Assembly (NCBI GenBank): GCA_905181635.1
Contig: CAJIYM010000004.1
Span: forward strand, 8,642 to 72,641
Reading direction: 5' to 3'
Source of the DNA: an uncultured Flavobacteriales bacterium
GTDB lineage: Bacteria; Bacteroidota; Bacteroidia; Flavobacteriales; BACL11
Length of the DNA: 64,000 bases
Position numbers and translations under genes: made by a program. The notes under the pieces were generated by a model. It was not told the DNA's origin. It did not search any database and saw only the letters and a list, made by a program, of their open reading frames with translations. Shown here piece after piece: positions 17,354 to 26,028 of the stretch (position 1 is its first letter; the number at the start of each line of letters is the position of its first letter).

Positions 17354-19204
17354 TTATTCAATAATTACCTTCCTTTCTACCGATCCATCATCATAGATGT
17401 AAAAAAGAGATTGATCTCTTAAAATTGTATTTATTGTCACTTCCCTCCCAAGTACATCAACAATACGAATCAATTGTCGGTTTTGACTAAAATTGTATTC
17501 TTCTATTAATAAAGGACTTACACAAAGCTGTTCGAAAAAAAGCCATGCTTCTCGGCTGGCAGAAACATCCATATTACCATAAGCTCCAGGCCAATCGTGA
17601 CCACCACCGTCTACCGAATAAAGCCACACCTGAGTGCAAGAACCAGATTCTGTGTGTTTATCAGAATTTACTGAACTTCCATCTGTTGGGTCAATGTCTG
17701 GAAATGCATTTGAATTTAATTCAGTTAATCCAAACATATCTGTAAAAAAACTAATTGTATTAGGAATACTTGGATACGCTCCCCAACCTCCATTGTTGTT
17801 GGGGTCGCCCTGCCAATATGTTACATTGTCTTGATTTCCATGAATTTCAAGTATGGACACCTCTTTAACTGGATTACAATTATCCATAATATCTTGCATA
17901 ATCATACCAGCTACGGGAGCAATAGCCTTAAATGTTTCAGAAGCCTGACAAGCTAACATATAACTAAAGTCACCACCATTTGACATTCCTGTACTAAAAA
18001 TATCTTGTTCACTCAGAGAATACATAGCTTGAAGTGAATCTACCAGATCCTCTATGAAAGCAACATCATCTACTGTTTGATTGTTCTGAAAATCATAACC
18101 AACATTAAAAAAAGTATTATTTGAACCATCTAGTGTACCTTGAGGATAACACACGGCAAATCCAAATTCTTCAGCTAGCGAATTAAATTGAGAGTAATCC
18201 ATAATGCCTTGTGCAGTACCACTGTATCCATGAAAAACTAATACTAATGGACAATTAGGCGAAGCAGAACTAGCATGGTAATAAATATAGTCCCTATTGC
18301 CAAATGTTGAGTAATCAACAGCTTCAATTTGGGTAGATATACTATCGTTTGTTGAATTAAAATCGTTAATCAAACCATTAACGCTACTAATAACAATTTC
18401 AAGTGTCTGTAAACCAGACGCATTAAAAGTAAGGATATCAGGATGAGAAAAATTATAAGTACCCAAAGAAGGAATTGATAAAGAATTAAAACTGGTAGTG
18501 TAAACATTTGCACCGATAGTCCAAGAAGCATCGAAGGACTGAATGATATTTAAACCTGTGTTTGTAACAGTACCTTCAATTACATATGGGGTTTGAATAT
18601 CAATAGTAGAGTTAATTGTATGTGAGCTAAGCTCCAAATCAGTACCCTCTAATTCAAATACTAATACATCATCAATCCCCCAGCCAAACAACCAATTATT
18701 GTCATCAAAATAATGAAACGCTAATAAAACATTTACATTTCCTACTAGTGAGTTTAGACTTATTGTTTGAGTATCCCATAAGCCATCATCAGTACCAATA
18801 ATTGTTTGAAGTAAATTCCATGAAACACCATTATCCAGTGAATATTCTAATGTAGCTACTTCTGTACCCCCATTTAATGATCCTGCATCAAAATAACTTT
18901 GAAATTGAAGTACAGCAGATGTCAGGGTAGTTAAATCGAAAGGTGGCATAATAAGATAATCAATCGTTTTATCACAATCACATTCATCATCATTGGTAGC
19001 AATAAATCTACCATGCGCTCCTATACTCCAATATTGGCTTTGCAACAAAGTGTTAGTACCCAATAACCAACCTCCATCTAAAGAATTTGTAGTTTGTGTC
19101 CAACCTGAGGGAAAAGTAAGTCCTTCAAAATCTTCCTCTAAAAGAATGGTTTGACCGAGCCCAAGTAATGGTAACCAAAGTAATGTAAAAAGTAATTTTT
19201 TCAT
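17354..19204 (-). CDS. T9SS-secreted esterase (PHB-depolymerase/feruloyl-esterase-like alpha/beta hydrolase) with an N-terminal choice-of-anchor-J-like domain
   Basis: Signal peptide, an N-terminal EEDFEG...FPSGWT module, LVFHGYSGTAQG, the nucleophile elbow GMSNGG, and a C-terminal sorting-domain-like tail (VDVLGREV...FYIYDDGSVERKVIIE). Confidence 0.7.
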   Translation of the reverse strand: MKKLLFTLLWLPLLGLGQTILLEEDFEGLTFPSGWTQTTNSLDGGWLLGTNTLLQSQYWSIGAHGRFIATNDDECDCDKTIDYLIMPPFDLTTLTSAVLQFQSYFDAGSLNGGTEVATLEYSLDNGVSWNLLQTIIGTDDGLWDTQTISLNSLVGNVNVLLAFHYFDDNNWLFGWGIDDVLVFELEGTDLELSSHTINSTIDIQTPYVIEGTVTNTGLNIIQSFDASWTIGANVYTTSFNSLSIPSLGTYNFSHPDILTFNASGLQTLEIVISSVNGLINDFNSTNDSISTQIEAVDYSTFGNRDYIYYHASSASPNCPLVLVFHGYSGTAQGIMDYSQFNSLAEEFGFAVCYPQGTLDGSNNTFFNVGYDFQNNQTVDDVAFIEDLVDSLQAMYSLSEQDIFSTGMSNGGDFSYMLACQASETFKAIAPVAGMIMQDIMDNCNPVKEVSILEIHGNQDNVTYWQGDPNNNGGWGAYPSIPNTISFFTDMFGLTELNSNAFPDIDPTDGSSVNSDKHTESGSCTQVWLYSVDGGGHDWPGAYGNMDVSASREAWLFFEQLCVSPLLIEEYNFSQNRQLIRIVDVLGREVTINTILRDQSLFYIYDDGSVERKVIIE

Positions 19205-19352
19205 AACACGAATGTACTTAATAAATTAATACAAGTACTCTAACTCAATAAAAAATAGACAAGTAAATAGAAATTCATCTAACTATAACTAATAATTCTT
19301 ATTTAACAAAATCCTTAAAATATTAAAAGCAAATTAGGTTAATTTGTAATTA

Positions 19353-20015
19353 TTAAATTTTTCTTTTCCAAAATTTATTCATTTCTGAAGCAGGTGTAGT
19401 GCTTAATCTTGGAAAAGGTAATTCAGCTATCTTGTTCATAGTATAGTAAGAATTTAAGCCGCCAACACCTACTGAATTACTATCCTCCAAATCAATTGAT
19501 CCTTCTGCTATAAAATTAATACCATCATCTAATAAAACATGCTCTACCTCTCCAATAATAAATTTACAGCCGTTACTTTTAATTGGAATTATTTCATGTA
19601 ACTTAAGACCTATTTTCACTTTACTTTCCTTTACAAAAGGAGGGGAGTAATTATCAATATAAAAACTTTCTAAATTACAATAATCAAACTCCGATTGGTC
19701 TTCATTAAAATTAAGGGAAGTATAATGTGCCTTTTCAACAAAATTAGAATTCACATGATTAATAGTGAAATGTTTAGTTTCTAATATGTTGTTTAAGGTA
19801 TCTCGTTTCACATTATTATTTGGACGCATTACAAAACCAATTAGTGCAGGATCACTTCCTAAATGTACAACCGAGCTGAATATAGCTAAGTTTGTGTTGC
19901 CACTTTCACTTAAAGTACCAATCAAATTAGCAGATTTAATTCCAGTAATAGAATTCATTAACCTTAGTCTTTTAATTCTGTTTAAATCCTTAATTTCTAA
20001 TTTTGTATAATGCAT
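19353..20015 (-). CDS. Flavin reductase-like (FMN-binding split-barrel) protein
   Basis: Segment ITGIKSANLIGT...NLAIFSSVVHLGSDPALIGFVMRP resembles the flavin reductase domain. Moderate certainty. Confidence 0.55.
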   Translation of the reverse strand: MHYTKLEIKDLNRIKRLRLMNSITGIKSANLIGTLSESGNTNLAIFSSVVHLGSDPALIGFVMRPNNNVKRDTLNNILETKHFTINHVNSNFVEKAHYTSLNFNEDQSEFDYCNLESFYIDNYSPPFVKESKVKIGLKLHEIIPIKSNGCKFIIGEVEHVLLDDGINFIAEGSIDLEDSNSVGVGGLNSYYTMNKIAELPFPRLSTTPASEMNKFWKRKI

Positions 20016-20053
20016 GTGAAATAATAATTAATTAAAATAATTCAGAGAATTGA

Positions 20054-20557
20054 TTAAACATTTCTTGTATCATAAGCCCAATGCAATAAGGCTTGTCTTT
20101 GTTTTTTTCTACAAGATAAATCTCCTTTTTTACAATTTTTCTTTATTGCACCTAAATGCCTTACGATTGATTTCCATCTCTTAATTTGACGAATATCCTC
20201 ATCACGCAACCTTCTTCCCATAAAATACCTGCAATACCACTGAAACCATCCTCTAGGGTCATCGTCATAAATCCAACCCTTATTCTTCCAATGCGATAAT
20301 GGCATAGAAGCATCAATTTTAAAGAAATTAAGATTAGAATCTTTTTTATGCTTTGATAAGACAGCATTCTCAAACCAATTATCAGGGAATTCATTGTAGC
20401 AATCGTTCATATATTTTCCCCCAAATATACCTAACTCTAACATTTCCTTAGGCTCAAGCTCAGGCTTAAAATCTGGATGAAAATTTTTCCCTATTTCTTC
20501 GCTAAGAAAATAAAAGAAATTTTCTTGCATCTTATCATTTACAACTACTAATTTCAT
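20054..20557 (-). CDS. Conserved hypothetical protein
   Basis: 167 aa with a distinctive Trp-rich block DPRGWFQWYCRYFMGRRLRDEDIRQIKRW. I cannot place it in a family. Confidence 0.5.
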   Translation of the reverse strand: MKLVVVNDKMQENFFYFLSEEIGKNFHPDFKPELEPKEMLELGIFGGKYMNDCYNEFPDNWFENAVLSKHKKDSNLNFFKIDASMPLSHWKNKGWIYDDDPRGWFQWYCRYFMGRRLRDEDIRQIKRWKSIVRHLGAIKKNCKKGDLSCRKKQRQALLHWAYDTRNV

Positions 20558-20558
20558 A

Positions 20559-22596
20559 TTATTTAATATATTTTATTAGCATCTTGGGTAGATATATTAT
20601 ATCAAATATTAAGGCTATGATGGCTGCTAAAATAGTTATTATTGATAATTGACTAATAGATTTGAATTCAGAAAATAATAATGGCAACAAAGTAAATATA
20701 ATTACTATGGATGTTTTAATTACAGCCTTGTAAGTGTAATTTTGACAATGCGATACAGAGTCTGCAATACTTAAACCCCTATTTCTAGAGAGGCTATAAG
20801 CGTTAATAATATGTATTGAATCATCAACAATTAAACCAAAAACAATAGCTAATATAAATGCATTAGAAAGACTAAAATAAAAACCGAAAACTGATAGAAT
20901 ACCTATAGTAGTTAGTAATGGAAGAATATTAGGAATTAAGGAAATTGGAAAATAGTACCAATTAAAATTATTTAATGACACAAACACTATTCCAATTATC
21001 ATGATTGCAAGTAATAAACCAAAAATAATTTCAAAAGTCATTTTATTGCTGATTTTATCAAAGAGAAATCCAACTCCAGCAATCTCTAAATCTAATTGCA
21101 AGTCTTTAGATTTCATTAGTATATCATCAAAAATAATCTTTGATTTACTTGACCCAATATCTTGCATTCTGGCCTTAATTGTGTACTGACTACTATTTGA
21201 GTTTTGGCTAATTTTCTTTGACAAAAAATCTGAAGAAAAATCAATAACTAAATTATGACTAAGTATTATGTTTTCTAGAGAATCTAAATTATCTCTTGAT
21301 GGATCGTTCATTAATAATAAAAGTAACTGGCTTTATACCACCAAATTCTTTATCAAAAAAACTAATATCTTTATATAGATTAGACTTTTTATTAATCTCA
21401 TCAGTAAGGAAATTATCAACTCTAAAATTAGTAAAGGCTAAAGATGAAAGAAATATAAATGATGCTAATAGTATATAAAACTGAGATTTTTTAATATTAA
21501 TAAATGACAATATTAAATCGTCTAAAAATTTGTTGTTTCTAATATTCTTATTGATATTAAATTCGATAATAAATGAATATAAAACTACAATTACAATAAG
21601 AGATATAAAAATTGTAATAGTAGTAATTACACCGAACCTAAACAAAGGGACTAATGATGAGAACATAAAACTCAAAAAACCTATAGCAGTTGTTAAGGAA
21701 GTAATAAAAACTGGCATGCCTATCTTTTCTAATTGACACTTAAAGGATCTAAATTTATTTTTATATAATTTATCAGAATTCAATAGATGCATAAAATCAG
21801 AAATAGTAATAATAAAAACTATAGCTGGTATAAGAATCATTACTAATTCAATACCCCCAAATAATTTATTAGAAAGAGTGAAAGAAAGAATTAATGAGAT
21901 ACAAACTGATATGAAATTTATTAATACTAATTTAAAATTATTTAAATAAAAATATAAAACTAAACTACATAAAACACTACTTAAGATAATAAATAACATC
22001 AACTCTTTAGTCACATTATCCTGCATATAAATTTCAGATTTAGTCTGACCAGTAATGTATACCTTTAATTTATCTTTAGAGAATTCTTGTGCTAATTTAT
22101 CTAAGTATAATCTTTTTTGCGAATCAGTTTCTAGACTCTTCGATTTAATAATAAATAAAAATGAGCTGAGGTCTTTTGTTGCATATTTAGTTCCGTACTT
22201 TCTTATTTTAGTTATTGAGGATTTATAATTTTTAAAATTATCAATTTTTAAAACTTTAAGAGCAAATGGAATAACACTTTTTTTGATCAATATCCTCTCA
22301 TTAAAAATACTTCTAACAGAAGCTGTATTTTTATCTTTTGAAATATTATTTGAAATAATAGATAAATCTAATAGATCTTGGTAACCGATAGAGTCTTTAA
22401 ATTCAACAGCTAGCAAAATTAGATTTTTATCATCTAAAGATTTATCAATAATATCCTTACTCTCCTTCGACAATTCAATAATTCGTTCACTATCATAAAA
22501 AATTTTTAAACCACTTATATTAGTTAGTGATAAGACAAACATCAATAATATTAACGAAAGTAAAAGGTACTTATATTTCCATATTAATTTTATCAC
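20559..22596 (-). pseudogene. MMPL/RND-superfamily exporter split by a +1 frameshift (track ORFs 21289..22596 and 20559..21311)
   Basis: ORF1 reads TM1, a periplasmic loop, 5 TM, TM7 and the start of loop 2. ORF2 reads the rest of loop 2 and 5 TM (GLIVDDSIHI). The two overlap by 23 nt in frames offset by +1, so the second periplasmic loop is cut in the middle. Confidence 0.65.
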
Positions 22597-23258
22597 TTAA
22601 CAATCGTTGACAGACCCCCGTCAACACTAAAATCTTGGCCTGTTATCCAGCTTGAGTCATCAGAAATTAAAAAATTAACCATTGAAGAAATATCAGAAAC
22701 AGATCCAACTCTATTAAGAGGATGTTTATTTGACATTCGTTCAACCATACTCTCATCCTTTAAAAAGTTTTGTGACATTGTACTATTAAAAAGTGAAGGT
22801 GAAATAGTATTTAATCTTATTTTTGGAGACCATTCCGCGGCTAGTGTTCTACTTAATGATAAGATAGCTGCTTTACACATTGCTATAGAGCTATGAAATG
22901 GCATTCCAACCTTTGCAGCAATAGAGCTAAACATTACGATAGATGAATTTTTATTTAATTTTTTTTCATAAAACTTTAAAACATTCAGCAACCCAACAAC
23001 ATTTATATTGTAGTCTTCATTAAAGTCATCAACTTTTATTCTCTTAAATGGTTTTAAATTTATATTTCCAGGAAAATAAACAATTCCATCTAAATTATCT
23101 ATTTCAGGAAAAGTTAAAGTATTTAAAATATCAAATTTTAAATAATCAGAATAATTATCTTTACGACTTAAGCTAATAAAATTATAGTGAGCACTATATT
23201 TTTCAATTAAATCTATTGACACTTTGCTACTGGCTCCTACTAATAAAATATTTTTCAT
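22593..23258 (-). CDS. Short-chain dehydrogenase/reductase-fold protein (atypical)
   Basis: Rossmann N-terminus LLVGASSKVS and C-terminus ITGQDFSVDGG. In the active-site block SSIAMCKAA, Ile stands where the YxxxK Tyr is expected. The gene overlaps the exporter start by 4 nt. Confidence 0.7.
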   Translation of the reverse strand: MKNILLVGASSKVSIDLIEKYSAHYNFISLSRKDNYSDYLKFDILNTLTFPEIDNLDGIVYFPGNINLKPFKRIKVDDFNEDYNINVVGLLNVLKFYEKKLNKNSSIVMFSSIAAKVGMPFHSSIAMCKAAILSLSRTLAAEWSPKIRLNTISPSLFNSTMSQNFLKDESMVERMSNKHPLNRVGSVSDISSMVNFLISDDSSWITGQDFSVDGGLSTIVK

Positions 23259-23280
23259 AATTCTCTTTTAAATAAGAAGG

Positions 23281-23305
23281 AGCCTAATTATTCATTAGAC
23301 TCCTT
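23281..23305 (-). terminator. Possible terminator hairpin after the cupredoxin-FAS1 gene
   Basis: GGAGCCTAAT-tattc-ATTAGACTCC (one mismatch). The T-tracts are weak on both sides. Confidence 0.35.
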
Positions 23306-23325
23306 TATAAAAATTAATTTAACTA

Positions 23326-25257
23326 TTATTTGTTAAACACTTTTTCAACCGAACCATCTTTAAATACATTAAAGGTTATTTGGTTTTTTAAGTTATTACT
23401 TACTTTCTCTCCTAATATATTGACAGAGTATAAATATGTTTTTTCTAGATTACTGTAATCAATAATATCTGTTGTTGTTGGAATTAAGACAGCATCAATA
23501 ACATGTACTACACCATTGTCAGCTACAATATCAGCTACAGTTACCATAGCATTATCAATATAAACTCCCATTGAATTAATTGTTACTGTGACATCAGTTC
23601 CAAGTAATGTTGTAACTACTTGATTATTTGATAACATACTTGACATTACACTAGCCCCTACAACATGGTGCTTTAAAATATCGGTTAATAAAGGAATATC
23701 TGCTAGCAATGCAGTTACTGTACCAGCTGGTAAAGCATTAAATGCCGCATCTGTCGGAGCAAATAGTGTTAATGTAGCAGCAGGGTCTGACAAAAAACCA
23801 TCTAATCCACAAGCATCAACAGCTGCTTTAAGCGTTGTATGAGCAGATGAATTTGAAACTATATCATAAATTGTAGTTGGTGGCACTAAAACAGCATCAA
23901 TAACATGTACAACGCCATTGTCAGCTACAATATCAGCTATAGTTACCATAGCATTATCAATATAAACTCCTGATGAATTAATTGTTACTGTGACATCTGT
24001 TCCAAGTAATGTTGTAACTACTTGATTATTTGATAACATACTTGACATTACACTAGCCCCTACAACATGGTGCTTTAAAATATCGGTTAATAAAGGAATA
24101 TCTGCTAGCAATGCAGTTACTGTACCAGCTGGTAAAGCATTAAATGCCGCATCTGTCGGAGCAAATAATGTTAATGTAGCAGCAGGATCTGACAAAACAC
24201 CACCTAATCCACAAGCATCAACAGCTGCTTTAAGTGTTGTATGATCAGTTGAATTTGAAACTATATCATAAATAGAATTTGTACAAAACGCAGGATCACT
24301 CACCCATAATGGGTTCATAGGATCATTTGGAAATATCAACATTTGACTGCTAGGATCGTAATCTACACCAGCTACTAAAATGTTAGCATTATCTACAAAA
24401 GTAGGAATATTTGTTTGAAAATTATAAAGATAAGCTTGCTGGCAAGTACCACATGAATCAACTAATGCTGTTCCATCAATTACAGCATTACAATCCATGG
24501 GTGGCAATAAAATAGCATTAATGACATGGACAACACCATTGTCAGCAATTATATCTGCAATTGTTACTTGAGCGTTGTCTATAAAAACTCCCACTGAATT
24601 AATTGTTACTGAAACATCTGTACCTAATAATGTTGTTATAACTTGATTATTTGTAAGTGACCCAGCTAAAGCTGTTCCTTGAACTGCATGATGCTTTAAA
24701 ATATCTGTCAGTAGTGTTAAGTCGGTTAGTAAAGCAGTTACAGTACCTGGAGGAAGAGCTAAAAATGCATCATCAGATGGAGCAAATAATGTAAAATCCT
24801 GATTTACATCTGAAAAAACAGCATCAAGTGAAGTTGTATCTAAACATATTTTTAAGTAATTGTGCACAGGAGAATTTGAGACAATATCATAAATAGTATT
24901 TGAAGGGGCATTAACTACAACAGTACCAACCATTCCGTTCACCGCATGAGAGCCTACAGAACAATCATAAGAATAAGTACCTGCTAATGTGAAGACATGA
25001 GTGTAAATTGTACTAGATGCAGTCGGGGAAGAAATAAATGAAAAAGGATTATTAAAACTTAGGCCCGTTATAGTGCTAATATCAAAATTAACATTGTGAT
25101 AGCCACCGTCATTTTCCCAATTAACAGTATCTCCAATATTGATGGTTAATGACTGGGGCGAGTAATAATAATCACCAGAATTAACTGTATAGTTTGCAGC
25201 GTTAATATTAGCAATCATTAAGAAAAATGAGCAAATAATTAGTTTAATTTTTTTCAT
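23326..25257 (-). CDS. T9SS-secreted protein: N-terminal cupredoxin (plastocyanin-like) domain, three fasciclin (FAS1) domains and a C-terminal sorting domain
   Basis: Signal peptide. Putative Cu ligands are H in GGYHNVNF and C...H...M in YDCSVGSHAVNGM. Three FAS1 units each show TLFAPTD.AF..LP.GT...LL, HVV and DNGVVHVID. C-terminal tail YLYSVNILGEKV...VFKDGSVEKVFNK. Confidence 0.85.
   Translation of the reverse strand: MKKIKLIICSFFLMIANINAANYTVNSGDYYYSPQSLTINIGDTVNWENDGGYHNVNFDISTITGLSFNNPFSFISSPTASSTIYTHVFTLAGTYSYDCSVGSHAVNGMVGTVVVNAPSNTIYDIVSNSPVHNYLKICLDTTSLDAVFSDVNQDFTLFAPSDDAFLALPPGTVTALLTDLTLLTDILKHHAVQGTALAGSLTNNQVITTLLGTDVSVTINSVGVFIDNAQVTIADIIADNGVVHVINAILLPPMDCNAVIDGTALVDSCGTCQQAYLYNFQTNIPTFVDNANILVAGVDYDPSSQMLIFPNDPMNPLWVSDPAFCTNSIYDIVSNSTDHTTLKAAVDACGLGGVLSDPAATLTLFAPTDAAFNALPAGTVTALLADIPLLTDILKHHVVGASVMSSMLSNNQVVTTLLGTDVTVTINSSGVYIDNAMVTIADIVADNGVVHVIDAVLVPPTTIYDIVSNSSAHTTLKAAVDACGLDGFLSDPAATLTLFAPTDAAFNALPAGTVTALLADIPLLTDILKHHVVGASVMSSMLSNNQVVTTLLGTDVTVTINSMGVYIDNAMVTVADIVADNGVVHVIDAVLIPTTTDIIDYSNLEKTYLYSVNILGEKVSNNLKNQITFNVFKDGSVEKVFNK
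23483..24273 (-). repeat. Near-identical 402-bp tandem duplication (FAS1 units 2 and 3)
   Basis: The same sequence recurs with a period of exactly 402 nt (for example AGCATCAATAACATGTAC at 23491 and 23893). It includes a run of about 169 identical nucleotides. By eye, only scattered substitutions lie elsewhere. Confidence 0.9.
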
Positions 25258-25262
25258 TGTTG

Positions 25263-25294
25263 TTTGGTTTTAGTTTGGTTTTAGTTTGGTTTAA
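25263..25294 (-). repeat. 11-nt tandem repeat (about 2.9 copies) in the 5' leader of the cupredoxin-FAS1 gene
   Basis: Plus strand: TTTGGTTTTAG TTTGGTTTTAG TTTGGTTTAA. In mRNA sense this is ...AAACCAAACUAAAACCAAACUAAAACCAAACAACA-AUG. A -7 box TATTTTTG lies at 25317..25324. Confidence 0.8.
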
Positions 25295-25367
25295 TTGATT
25301 ATGTTTGATTTGAGAGCAAAAATACAATTGAAATATGAATCAAAACTGATTTTTTAGTTTTACTTGA

Positions 25368-25547
25368 TTATGAAATAAAATTATACTCAGCAGTAGGGTA
25401 CATGTCCAACCATTTTTTAAGCTGCACTTTAGTTTTTAAAGTTACAGTCATAGTTTTAGTTTTAAAAATAATTTTTGGAGAATTATTTTTAATTTTGTCT
25501 AATATTTTTTCAGCCTTCCTTTTTTTCATTAATCTGTAATCGCTCAT
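25368..25547 (-). CDS. Small basic protein (59 aa), hypothetical
   Basis: MSDYRLMKKRKAEKILDKIKNNSPKIIFKTKTMTVTLKTKVQLKKWLDMYPTAEYNFIS. The ATG at 25545-25547 lies 22 nt after a minus-strand -7 box TACATTTG (25570..25577), the same box and spacing as at site A. Confidence 0.35.
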   Translation of the reverse strand: MSDYRLMKKRKAEKILDKIKNNSPKIIFKTKTMTVTLKTKVQLKKWLDMYPTAEYNFIS

Positions 25548-25573
25548 AACTTTAATTTTAAATATTGTGCAAA

Positions 25574-25603
25574 TGTATAAGTTTTTTAATAAAAAGCTAT
25601 ACA
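25574..25603. promoter_or_regulatory. Palindromic operator site D: TGTATAAG-N14-GCTATACA in a divergent promoter region
   Basis: aaTGTATAAGttttttaataaaaaGCTATACAaa. The left half overlaps the minus-strand -7 box. The right half ends 16 nt before the plus-strand -7 box TAATTTTG (25620..25627). Confidence 0.55.
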
Positions 25604-25635
25604 AAACAAAATTATTAATTAATTTTGCACAAATT

Positions 25636-26028
25636 ATGATGATGAAAAAACCAGACAATGTAGTATTTGATATCCAATTACAGGAGTATGATTCTTACAA
25701 AAAAAATTATCCAACAGATTTAGGTAGTCCAGCATTTGACAGTTCAGTGTTAAAGAAAGATAACTTTGCATTTAAGCATTTAAAAGCTAAATTTGATGAA
25801 CTTAATTCAGAGTACAAACAGCTGTTAACTAAATTAAAATGGAATGAGTTAATCTATAATTCAGAGCATAATTTCACCCCTATTGCTGGTGAAGCATATC
25901 ACTTATACAAAAACAAAAACACTACATTCCTTAGTATCATAGAGCCAAACCAATGGGAAATGGAGCACATAGGTTCATTCAAATTATTGGCAAATGATAT
26001 CTGGGAACAGATAAAAAATAAAAAATGA
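25636..26028 (+). CDS. Conserved hypothetical protein (possibly DUF2452-like)
   Basis: Start chosen at MMMKKPDNVV (ATG 25636), downstream of the -7 box; the track start at 25567 lies inside the operator/promoter. The stop overlaps the next gene start (ATGA). Confidence 0.55.
   Translation: MMMKKPDNVVFDIQLQEYDSYKKNYPTDLGSPAFDSSVLKKDNFAFKHLKAKFDELNSEYKQLLTKLKWNELIYNSEHNFTPIAGEAYHLYKNKNTTFLSIIEPNQWEMEHIGSFKLLANDIWEQIKNKK

Noticed and set aside
19215-19250. The inverted repeat GTACTT-N13-AAGTAC upstream of the esterase gene, considered as an operator
   Set aside because: The arms are only 6 bp in AT-rich DNA, it is a single occurrence, and no adjacent regulator gene is present. That is within chance expectation.
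23483-24273. A CRISPR-like or mobile repeat explanation for the 402-bp repeats, and for the repeats in the giant gene
   Set aside because: All the repeats are in-frame protein-domain duplications inside long ORFs. There are no short repeat-spacer arrays, no cas genes and no terminal inverted repeats.
25368-25658. Full-length 96-aa version of the minus-strand ORF, and the 25567 start of the plus-strand ORF
   Set aside because: Both extended N-termini run through the divergent promoter/operator region (25570..25627). Starts at 25547 (minus) and 25636 (plus) fit the -7 boxes.
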